From contig CAINWP010000040.1 of the NCBI GenBank assembly GCA_903854475.1, positions 1 through 63,518 on the forward strand: DNA of 63,518 bases, in the 5' to 3' direction. This DNA comes from an uncultured Verrucomicrobiota bacterium. GTDB taxonomy: Bacteria > Verrucomicrobiota > Verrucomicrobiia > Limisphaerales > UBA9464. The notes under the pieces are model-generated. The model did no database searches, was not told the DNA's origin, and worked only from the letters and a program-made list of their open reading frames with translations. The position numbers were made by a program, and so were the translations under genes. Within the stretch, counting starts at the first letter, position 1; the number at the start of each line of letters is the position of its first letter. This document shows, one piece after another, positions 21,740-29,479 of this stretch.

Positions 21740-22063
21740 ATGTCGTTCGACGGTAAAAAACTTGGGATCCTGATCTCCGCGCCGCCCGAGGCTCCGGCCT
21801 TCCTCCACGGGGTCCGTTTTGCTGCGGCCGCGTTGCAAGCCGGCTGCTCGGTTTACCTGTATTGCATTGATTCAGCGGTGGCAGGTGTAGGACACCCCGA
21901 ATTGCAGGCACTGCGTCCCCAGGGCTTGAAGTTTTACGCCTGCGCCTATGGAGCACACCACCACGGCGTCCCCGTCGACGATCGAGCCACCTTTGCCGGA
22001 CTCACCGTCGTGAGCGATCTCATCGCCAGCACCGATCGATTCGTTAGTTTCAACGCGCCATGA
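21740..22063 (+). CDS. DsrE/TusD-like sulfur-relay protein
   Basis: DsrE-fold pattern 'VYLYCIDSAV', candidate active Cys in 'FYACAYGA' and C-terminal 'DRFVSF'. Confidence 0.75.
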   Translation: MSFDGKKLGILISAPPEAPAFLHGVRFAAAALQAGCSVYLYCIDSAVAGVGHPELQALRPQGLKFYACAYGAHHHGVPVDDRATFAGLTVVSDLIASTDRFVSFNAP

Positions 22064-22410
22064 AACCCCGAGTTCTGATTGTCGTGGATTCAGATCCTCG
22101 GACCAGCGGCCGGCCGGCGGAGGCCATTCGAATGGCAGCAGGAATCGGAACCTGGAAGAAGGTTGAGGTACTTCTCTATCTGCGCGGCGCAGCCATCTTG
22201 TCGTTGTCGGAGTATTCCGATGAGTGGATCGACGAAGACAATTTCACTCGGTATTTGCCGATCCTTCAAGAGTGGGGACGCCCGGTTTACGTTCAGAAGG
22301 GGGCTTCTGAGTTGACGCTGCTCGGCGAACCGTTGACCCCATTCGAGGAGGTCTCCGATGCCCAGTGGGCCACCTTGGCCGCCCAATCCACCTACGTGTT
22401 TCGATTCTGA
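22060..22410 (+). CDS. DsrF/TusC-like protein
   Basis: 'VLIVVDSDP...AEAIRMAAG' and 'LYLRGAA'; ATGA overlap with the DsrE-like gene. Confidence 0.6.
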   Translation: MKPRVLIVVDSDPRTSGRPAEAIRMAAGIGTWKKVEVLLYLRGAAILSLSEYSDEWIDEDNFTRYLPILQEWGRPVYVQKGASELTLLGEPLTPFEEVSDAQWATLAAQSTYVFRF

Positions 22411-22424
22411 GTCTCTACCCCGCC

Positions 22425-22604
22425 ATGAAGCGTATCCTTCACATTCTGACTCATCCTGCGAAGCCCGCGGTCGAACAGTTGATCGTCGACCAGCGACAAT
22501 TGCCGGATCAAGAGGTAGTGGTCATCTCGCTGAACCAAGAGAACCCGGATTATCATCTCCTTCTCGAGAAGGTCTTTCAGTCGGATTCCATTCAATGCTG
22601 GTGA
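22425..22604 (+). CDS. Small DsrH/TusB-like protein
   Basis: 59 aa, 'MKRILHIL...DYHLLLEKVFQSDSIQCW', resembling the DsrH termini; third gene of the trio. Confidence 0.55.
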   Translation: MKRILHILTHPAKPAVEQLIVDQRQLPDQEVVVISLNQENPDYHLLLEKVFQSDSIQCW

Positions 22605-22635
22605 CGGCTTGCTGTGTTGCTTAAGAGCTCTTCAA

Positions 22636-23013
22636 TCAGGTGAAGTGCTCCCAAAGTGTCGGACTAGGCGCTGGGGTGCCATAGCTCCGGCGCAATTGGT
22701 GAGATTGCTTAAGCATGACATTGGATTGCTGGCGTTCGGCTTCCAAAGCTACCACGGCCTGTTTGAACTCTGGGCCCATCGCCAACTCCTGTTCAAGAAC
22801 GGCTCTCAGGTGCCGTCGCTGATCGGGGGTCAAACAATGGTTGGGAGGCAGAAGCACTTCGAGATCCCGTTGACACCCAGATTTCCGATCCAAAATCGAC
22901 TCCACTTCGGTCCAATCCCGACGATGAACAGCTTCCTTTAAAAGTTCGTTGAGATCTTCCCAAGATCGCAGGGCGGTCTGGACTTGGTCAGTAGATTCCG
23001 GGACCGCGTCCAT
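22636..23013 (-). CDS. FliT/FlgN-like helical flagellar chaperone (putative)
   Basis: 'EAVHRRDWTEVESILDRK' pattern; directly coupled (TGATG) downstream of fliS. Confidence 0.5.
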   Translation of the reverse strand: MDAVPESTDQVQTALRSWEDLNELLKEAVHRRDWTEVESILDRKSGCQRDLEVLLPPNHCLTPDQRRHLRAVLEQELAMGPEFKQAVVALEAERQQSNVMLKQSHQLRRSYGTPAPSPTLWEHFT

Positions 23014-23486
23014 CAGACACTCATGTTGAAATTGACCCGCTCGGTACCCGTCGCGCTAGCGGGCCGTGTTCCAGGTGATTCGATGACGGAACCAGTGACT
23101 TGAGCGGCCAACATCTCGCGCCATGCTTCTTGGATCACCTTAAGATGTCGTTGAGCCTCCCTTAATGGCTCAGGTTCCTTACGGACATTGCCCTGGATCA
23201 AATGGTCTCCAATGTAGCCATACAAACCGAAGAGTTTACGCGCAAAATCACCACCAACCTCCAGATCCAATGCTACCCGCAACTGGTTCACGATCGCTGC
23301 TGCCTTGGTGATTTGGTTGTGGATCGTCTGCTGGCGTAAACCAAATTCTTCAATCTCAAACCCATCAATGGACCGCTGGATTGCCAGTACTGCTCCATCG
23401 AGCAGCATCTGAACAATACGATGCTTCGAGACGGTGGCCTCCGTGGCCGAACGGTAAGCCGCAAACGCATTACGGGCCTGTGACAT
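23013..23486 (-). CDS. fliS: Flagellin export chaperone FliS
   Basis: 'AYR...IVQMLLDGA', 'LDLEVGGDFARKLFGLYGY' and 'EAWREM'. Confidence 0.92.
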   Translation of the reverse strand: MSQARNAFAAYRSATEATVSKHRIVQMLLDGAVLAIQRSIDGFEIEEFGLRQQTIHNQITKAAAIVNQLRVALDLEVGGDFARKLFGLYGYIGDHLIQGNVRKEPEPLREAQRHLKVIQEAWREMLAAQVTGSVIESPGTRPASATGTERVNFNMSV

Positions 23487-23514
23487 ACGCTCAGTGATTA
23501 GGAATAGTTTGGTA

Positions 23515-23778
23515 CTAGGGTCCGCCGAACAAGGCCACTATACGGTCAACCCCATCTAACGGGGGATATGGACTGTCTGGGCTCGACTTACGAACCATTT
23601 CCTTCACCAACTTGAAATCGCTCTCGGCTCGTTCTTTTGCTTGGAGTATCTCCTCGCGGGTAATCTTTGGCGGTGGCCGCAAAGAGACCGACTCACCCGG
23701 CTCGGGCGGCCGGCCCGTCTTGACCTTGACCTCTGTAGGCAAGGTCGGTTCCTGAGTTTTAATCGCTTCTATTTTCAC
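23515..23778 (-). CDS. Putative anti-sigma-28 factor, FlgM-like
   Basis: 87 aa with low-complexity N-terminus, 'ESVSL' and C-terminal 'YPPLDGVDRIVALF'; GAGGAGG RBS before the GTG start and a sigma-28-type promoter upstream. Confidence 0.5.
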   Translation of the reverse strand: MKIEAIKTQEPTLPTEVKVKTGRPPEPGESVSLRPPPKITREEILQAKERAESDFKLVKEMVRKSSPDSPYPPLDGVDRIVALFGGP

Positions 23779-23798
23779 AGTACCTCCTCAACCATCAA

Positions 23799-23826
23799 AT
23801 TGCGGCAGGATGAGCCTGCACTTAAG
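23799..23826 (-). promoter_or_regulatory. Sigma-28 (FliA)-type promoter of the flgM-like/fliS/fliT-like genes
   Basis: Minus strand cTTAAG-TGCAGGCTCATC-CTGCCGCAAT, i.e. TTAA-N15-GCCGCAAT versus consensus TAAA-N15-GCCGATAA; the same motif recurs at 55161-55186. Confidence 0.7.
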
Positions 23827-23843
23827 GGGAAATGTGATTCTCG

Positions 23844-24602
23844 TCAGGTTTTTTTGGATTGTGTCCCCGATGAACCCTTCTGGATGCCATTGGTGGCACC
23901 CGAAGGCGGAGTGGTGGCGGGCTGAAAATCCCTCTTGAGCAGGCGCACGGACCGCGAAACTCCATATCGGATGAAGCGCAGCGGGCTATCCACCGACAAG
24001 GCGGGCGGTGGATCGGTCTCGACACCTAGGGATTCTCTGAGGTACTTCCGTGCGTCATTCAATGTGGCGGCTTCTCCAGCATTGAACCCGTCATCGAATT
24101 GCCAAAGCACTGCGCCATCATGAACTCGTACGAGGGTCAACTTGATGCCGATGCGCAGCGGTGGGTAAGGTTGGTAGGTTGAGAGGCTGGAAAAGAGGAT
24201 CGCCTCTGCGGAAGTCTGACGCTGGACATCTTGGAGCAACTGGCTCGGGAGAGCTTCGGTCGTCCGCAGTTCTAATGCGCCCTGCAGCCAGCGTCCTTTG
24301 GGTGGCACATAAAACACTACTTCGAACGGGCCATCTTGTCTCAGTTCGGCAATAAGGCTGGCTTGAACCTCGGTGGCCGCCTCGGATTGAGGTGTTCCCA
24401 ACCCGCCTTCAGGCAAAGCGGTCGGCAGAATTGCAACACGGGTGACGGTCTTTAGAACGTCAAAGCCCATCGATGAGTGGTTGAACTGGCTTCGAAACGG
24501 ACCCGTGTAGGAAGGATCGGTGAGTCGCTTGGCAACCGAGCTGCAACCCATGGCCAGACCGAGCGCAACTCCCAGACTGAGGATATGCACTGGCCTAATC
24601 AT
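23844..24602 (-). CDS. Flagellar-locus lipoprotein of unknown function (possible CsgG/FlgO/PelC-like alpha/beta fold)
   Basis: Lipobox 'LAMGC', 'RVAILP' and 'IGIKLTLVRVHDGAVLWQFD'; ATGA overlap with the fliD stop. Confidence 0.7.
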   Translation of the reverse strand: MIRPVHILSLGVALGLAMGCSSVAKRLTDPSYTGPFRSQFNHSSMGFDVLKTVTRVAILPTALPEGGLGTPQSEAATEVQASLIAELRQDGPFEVVFYVPPKGRWLQGALELRTTEALPSQLLQDVQRQTSAEAILFSSLSTYQPYPPLRIGIKLTLVRVHDGAVLWQFDDGFNAGEAATLNDARKYLRESLGVETDPPPALSVDSPLRFIRYGVSRSVRLLKRDFQPATTPPSGATNGIQKGSSGTQSKKT

Positions 24603-26407
24603 GAGGATATTCCGAGTTTCTGGTTGAGAAATTGCATCTGGGAATTGGATTTGGCTTGGGCTGCCTCCATGGCTCGAAATCCAGCCAATAGTCGCTCTCG
24701 GTTGGCTTGGACACGCCGTTCCATGGCAACCAGCTGGTCATCTAGTCGTGCGGATTGTTCGGTCAATCCCTTCTGGCGCTGAGGCAAAGTGCCTGAAATC
24801 TCTTCCACCATCGGCTTCACGAAGGTGGTGATCCGCGCGCTTAGACCGGTCGTCGTCGTCGAGAAGAACTTCTGAACTTCGGATAACTGGCTCGAAAGCG
24901 CTGTATTGAGAGAGGCCGAGTTTGTCGCGCTCAGTTCATTGGTGTAACCCGTCGTGCTATACCCTAAGTCGGCCAGCCCTCGAATGGTTGTGCTAGGCCC
25001 TCCCGACAACTGGAAACTCAACAAGCCACGGAGGCTTGAACCTAGTTGAAAGATCGTCTGATCGTAAGCCAAGACACCGGATGTGATTTTCCCCGCAGCG
25101 TCGCGATTACTGACAGTCAAAGATGAGATCAGCGACTGAACCCGATTCACTGAGTTGACCAGCGCATCAATGGCCGATCGGGCGGCGCTCGTGTCGTTGG
25201 TACTGTTAATTGTTGTTGTCCCCACCTTGGAGGCGGTGATCGTTAAACCCGTGAGCCCTGAATCGGCGGCACTAATGGAGTTAGATCGGGACTTCGATGT
25301 GGCACCACCGTTAACCGAATACACCAAATCAGTACCACTGCTGAGCGTACCCCCTGTCAGGCCAAAAGCTGTCAGAAAATTGCTGCTGCCGCTTTGATCC
25401 AATACAACGCCTCGGTTTCCCGGTTCCTTGTTCTTGAGTACGATGCGGTTGAGCCCGGAATCAAAAGAGGCCTGAACTCCGGCAGCCGAGTCATTAATGC
25501 TGTTGAGCACCGTGGCCAAGGTGCTGCTGGAAGAGTAATCGATTGAAACCCCGTTGACTGAGAAGGCGCCCGTCGTCTCAGTGGTTCCGTAGGTCAGCGG
25601 TGTCATCAAGGGCTGACTCGACAAACTGGAGGAGAGCCGGAGGGATCCCAACTTGGAGTCGCTGACAGCGCTGGAACCGGAAGCTGGAGTAAATAGTTTG
25701 AGACAACTCAAGAGATTGGAGGTGTCCGAGGTAGCTCCGAGGATCAGGTTTTTCCCATCAGGTCGCGCGATGGTGACCTGATCGTTAGTGCTGGAATAGG
25801 TGGCGCTTCCCGTCGTACCGATGGCGGTGTCCAGTTTGACGAGCAAGTCTTTAAGGGTGTCGCTCGTTGCCACGGTTACGGTGGAGTTAGTCACCGCGCC
25901 AGTGCTGCTGTCTTGGACTCCGATGGTCAAAGTGCCGGCCGTCAGTGTGCTCCCCCACCCTGCTGCCGAAAGAACAGGCCCCGTATCGGTGTTGACAGCC
26001 ACCGGCGGAGTTCCGGAGTAGGTGTTAACATCCGCTGTGTGCAGCGGACTAATGATCCCCGACGTGGCTCCCAACCAACTTGCAGGCGTGGCCAGGGTAG
26101 TCACGGTGACAGAATAACTTCCGGTCACCGCCCCTTCAGTCGCACTCACTGAGGCAACGGAAGTGTCCGACGAAGTCACCGATCTACGACTGTAAAGGTT
26201 GGAATCGCCCAGCGCCGTGGCTTTGGTCTGAAGATCGGTCAGTTGCGTTGCGATCTGCCCGAGGGCGGTGCGGCGACTAGCTAAGGTGGCCTGCTCGGTC
26301 CGGACCTTGGTCTGAGGAGTCCGCTCCACAGACGTGAGCTGATCCACCACTGACTTCCAGTCAAAACCGGAGGCCAAACCCGATATGCTCATGTCCAAAC
26401 CAGCCAT
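24599..26407 (-). CDS. fliD: Flagellar filament cap protein FliD
   Basis: N-terminus 'SGLASGFDWKSVVDQL', 'GSYSVTVTTLA' and C-terminal coiled coil 'RLLAGFRAMEAA'; Ser/Thr-rich. Confidence 0.95.
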   Translation of the reverse strand: MAGLDMSISGLASGFDWKSVVDQLTSVERTPQTKVRTEQATLASRRTALGQIATQLTDLQTKATALGDSNLYSRRSVTSSDTSVASVSATEGAVTGSYSVTVTTLATPASWLGATSGIISPLHTADVNTYSGTPPVAVNTDTGPVLSAAGWGSTLTAGTLTIGVQDSSTGAVTNSTVTVATSDTLKDLLVKLDTAIGTTGSATYSSTNDQVTIARPDGKNLILGATSDTSNLLSCLKLFTPASGSSAVSDSKLGSLRLSSSLSSQPLMTPLTYGTTETTGAFSVNGVSIDYSSSSTLATVLNSINDSAAGVQASFDSGLNRIVLKNKEPGNRGVVLDQSGSSNFLTAFGLTGGTLSSGTDLVYSVNGGATSKSRSNSISAADSGLTGLTITASKVGTTTINSTNDTSAARSAIDALVNSVNRVQSLISSLTVSNRDAAGKITSGVLAYDQTIFQLGSSLRGLLSFQLSGGPSTTIRGLADLGYSTTGYTNELSATNSASLNTALSSQLSEVQKFFSTTTTGLSARITTFVKPMVEEISGTLPQRQKGLTEQSARLDDQLVAMERRVQANRERLLAGFRAMEAAQAKSNSQMQFLNQKLGISS

Positions 26408-26416
26408 AAGAAAAAA

Positions 26417-26815
26417 TCAGTAAACGCAGTCGAGTGAGATTCGCTCACCGCACGGGCATTCGACGGTGACTTTTTGGACTAAATCACCCACTCGGGTGAC
26501 CACGATGCCCGGCGCCTTGGGCTCCTGAGTCTCAACAGGAACCACTACTTCGGGAGCGTACAAATTCCTCAATGAAATCGGCCTCGTCTTGGTCAGCATT
26601 CTTGGGGAACGGATGCCGGAAAGGATGGTTTCTATGATCGACTCATCGAGGCCCATTCGCAGGGCGTCCGATAGATCAGCGAGCGCCTTATCCGCTGGAA
26701 CCAACACCGAGGGTTTGGTGTCGACCGGTGGGGTGACGGCTAAAAATTCCGGGAGTGCCGAAGCCAAAGCCGGAGCAAACTCGTAACGAGGAAATGGAAC
26801 AAACCCAGCAGCCAT
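26417..26815 (-). CDS. Hypothetical protein with C-terminal CPCG...C motif
   Basis: 132-aa ORF filling the gap between motB (2 nt) and fliD (9 nt); ends 'VECPCGERISLDCVY'. Confidence 0.7.
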   Translation of the reverse strand: MAAGFVPFPRYEFAPALASALPEFLAVTPPVDTKPSVLVPADKALADLSDALRMGLDESIIETILSGIRSPRMLTKTRPISLRNLYAPEVVVPVETQEPKAPGIVVTRVGDLVQKVTVECPCGERISLDCVY

Positions 26816-26817
26816 GG

Positions 26818-27549
26818 TTACTCGGTTTTGGCAGGCGTCTTGCCGGCCCTCACTACAATGGCGACCCGCCGGTTGCCTGGGTCGTCACGCAAGCGATCCG
26901 GCAGCGGTTGTTCACTGCCCATTCCTGAAATCTTGCGAATCTGTGAGGACTTCACTCCGAAGGATTGCAGCAATTGGCGGGCCGAGTTAGCTCGGTTGGC
27001 CGACAATTCCCATGGATCGCCTTCTGCCGTACCTGCCTCGCCGGCGGTATGCCCATTCAATTCCAATTCTATCTGAGGATAGCGAGCCAACTCCCAACCC
27101 ACCGTCTCGAATACCAATTGACCATACTCAGTCATGCCCCTGGCCCCGGCTTGAAACAGCGGTTTGCTAGGACTGTCGAAAAAGGTGATCAGCAGACCTT
27201 CACTCGACCGCTCCACTTTTACCGAGCGGGTGTCCTTCCATTCGGGATTCTCCATAACGGCCCGTTCCAAGCGTTCATCCAAGCGTTGCATGTATTCTAA
27301 CGGGACTGCCGATTGATTCTCAAAGAGCTTTGAGCGGTTCTGGGCGCCATCCGATTCAGAGGTCTTCTGAGGCAAAACACCTAAGGAGTTCTTAACCGTA
27401 GACATCATCCGGTTGCGGAAGTAGCTGGCCAGTTCCCCCTTGGTCTTTTCGTCCTGAGCAACGATCCACATGACCATGAAAAAGGCCATCATACCCGTGA
27501 CAAAGTCGGCATAAGCCACTTTCCATGCACCTCCTCCTCCTGCTGCCAT
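26818..27549 (-). CDS. motB: Flagellar stator protein MotB
   Basis: 'GAWKVAYADFVTGMMAFF' and OmpA-like C-terminus 'GHT...WELSANRA...NRRV'. Confidence 0.95.
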   Translation of the reverse strand: MAAGGGGAWKVAYADFVTGMMAFFMVMWIVAQDEKTKGELASYFRNRMMSTVKNSLGVLPQKTSESDGAQNRSKLFENQSAVPLEYMQRLDERLERAVMENPEWKDTRSVKVERSSEGLLITFFDSPSKPLFQAGARGMTEYGQLVFETVGWELARYPQIELELNGHTAGEAGTAEGDPWELSANRANSARQLLQSFGVKSSQIRKISGMGSEQPLPDRLRDDPGNRRVAIVVRAGKTPAKTE

Positions 27550-27574
27550 AGGTCAGATTATTAGGAAAACAAAC

Positions 27575-28429
27575 TCACTTCATGGTCTTCAGCATCGTCT
27601 CCAACTCGGAGGATGCCGGGCGAACGTCGTCACTCAGGACGCGGCGACCCACTTCACAGGCCAACAACGGTGCAGCTCCATTGGCGAAGCTCACGGTGGC
27701 CTCCTTAATTACATTCATATACATGGCCTCAGCGCGGCCAATGAAATCGATGTTCGTGGCCAACGGTGCCACGACGCCGTAGGAAGCAAAGATGCCGTAG
27801 AACGTTCCGCACAATGCCGAGCTAATGCTCGCTCCGACGACCGTGGTTCCTTGGTCGATCTTACCCATCGTCAACACAATGCCCAACACCGCGGCCACGA
27901 TACCGAACGCCGGCATTGAGTCGGCCACTTTACCCAGCACTTCAACCGGTTCATGATGCTCAGCATGGGCGGTGACCAGAGATTGCTTCATGAGGGACTC
28001 CAGCTGGTCGGGCTTGATGCGGCCATCCACCACGGGCTTCAGTCCATCGCAAAGAAAGTCCATCGCGTGATGGTTGCTGTAAAACTTAGGGTACTTCTTG
28101 AAGAGGCTACTTCCAGTCGGGTTCATTACGTGTTCTTCCAGGGCGATCATTCCGCCGCGGCGCCCGAGCACGAAGAGTTCATAAAGGCACTTCAGCAATT
28201 CCTCGTAGTGGCCCTTGTTGTAAGGAGCCCCTTTCAGGGTCGCTGTTAGACCGTGGACGATTCCCTTCAGCGTCTTGACCGGGGCCATAATAACCAAGGC
28301 TCCGGCTCCCATCCCGAAGATGGGGATGACCTCTCCAGTATGATACAGTCCGGCAGGGTTGCCACCGTTCATAACGAAGCCAAGACAGGTGAGACCGATA
28401 ATGATGACGAATCCAATGATGACGACCAT
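27575..28429 (-). CDS. motA: Flagellar stator protein MotA
   Basis: 'GMIALEEHV', 'PAFGIVAAVLG', 'GTFYGIFASYG' and 'EVGRR'. Confidence 0.95.
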   Translation of the reverse strand: MVVIIGFVIIIGLTCLGFVMNGGNPAGLYHTGEVIPIFGMGAGALVIMAPVKTLKGIVHGLTATLKGAPYNKGHYEELLKCLYELFVLGRRGGMIALEEHVMNPTGSSLFKKYPKFYSNHHAMDFLCDGLKPVVDGRIKPDQLESLMKQSLVTAHAEHHEPVEVLGKVADSMPAFGIVAAVLGIVLTMGKIDQGTTVVGASISSALCGTFYGIFASYGVVAPLATNIDFIGRAEAMYMNVIKEATVSFANGAAPLLACEVGRRVLSDDVRPASSELETMLKTMK

Positions 28430-28434
28430 AGGGT

Positions 28435-29235
28435 TTAGATGGGATTGACTCGCTTGATGTAGGCACTCAGGGCCGAGACGGCCTGCACATGAATTTGGCA
28501 GGCTCGGGCTTCGGTGAATCCGAGGATCTCTCCGATATCCTTCAATCGGAGACCCTCGTAATAGAACATGCTTAGAACCTTTTTCTGGACGTCGGGCAGC
28601 ACCTGGATTCGGTCCCGGATCAGTAGGTGCAATTCCCGCTGTACCAGCATTTCAAAGGGGCCCTGTTGATTCAGGTCCGCCAACTCCCGTGACGGTAGCT
28701 CATCGCTCGCCAAGAAGGCAGGTTCCGAGAGACTTTCAAAGATCACTCCGCGCAGCCGGTCGAGCAGTTGTCGATACTCCGGCATGCTAATACCCAGTCG
28801 CGAGGCGATTTGGTCCTCGGAGGGCGGCCCGCCCAGCTCAGTAGTTAGCGTATCGATGGTCTCTTCGAGCGCCTGACGCCGCGCCAAGTCGGAGCGGGAG
28901 AGCGGACTAATGCGGCGCAGTTCATCAAAGATCGCGTTTTTGATGCGGATGCGCGCAAAATGGGGAAAGGAAGCCCCTTTGAGCGGATCATAGGTTCTTC
29001 CGGCCTGCACCAAGGCGAAGAGTCCAAGATTAATCCAATCATCCAGGTCGGTGCCTGCTGGGAGCGCCGGGCAGTACCGTTGAACAGTTCTGACCACCAG
29101 AGGGGCGTATCGGCGCAGCAAATCCTCCTCACCATCCGCCGGCCCTACGGAGTCCCGGTAGCTGTGCAGAGCCCGAACCTTGTGAGTCAAGGAACTCAGT
29201 ACGGTCGGAGCTTCTGTGAACTCAGTGGCTGGCAT
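28435..29235 (-). CDS. fliA: RNA polymerase sigma-28 factor FliA
   Basis: 'YAPLV', 'YDPLKGASFPHFARIRIKNAIFDELR' and region 4 'YYEGLRLKDIGEILGFTEARACQIH'; start taken at ATG 29235. Confidence 0.92.
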   Translation of the reverse strand: MPATEFTEAPTVLSSLTHKVRALHSYRDSVGPADGEEDLLRRYAPLVVRTVQRYCPALPAGTDLDDWINLGLFALVQAGRTYDPLKGASFPHFARIRIKNAIFDELRRISPLSRSDLARRQALEETIDTLTTELGGPPSEDQIASRLGISMPEYRQLLDRLRGVIFESLSEPAFLASDELPSRELADLNQQGPFEMLVQRELHLLIRDRIQVLPDVQKKVLSMFYYEGLRLKDIGEILGFTEARACQIHVQAVSALSAYIKRVNPI

Positions 29236-29479
29236 TACCCCTCGTATTCGTTGGGTTTTCCGCAACCGGCTTCTCGTCACCACTGGTCGTGGCGGAGTCC
29301 GTTTCTTGGCTGGCGCGATAAATAAGTCGGCACCACTGGCGAGAAATGAGCGCCATGACCCCACCCGAGATGGCCGCATGAAAGAGACTATCGACCCAGT
29401 CAACGCCATTGAAGAGAGAGATCGCCAGCAACAGCAGGGCGACTCCCGTTCCGATGGCAGCGCTGACGAGTTGAATCAT
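29222..29479 (-). CDS. Small two-TM membrane protein
   Basis: 85 aa from ATG 29479 with two hydrophobic segments; ATGA overlap with the upstream stop, and its own end overlaps the fliA start. Confidence 0.6.
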   Translation of the reverse strand: MIQLVSAAIGTGVALLLLAISLFNGVDWVDSLFHAAISGGVMALISRQWCRLIYRASQETDSATTSGDEKPVAENPTNTRGNASH

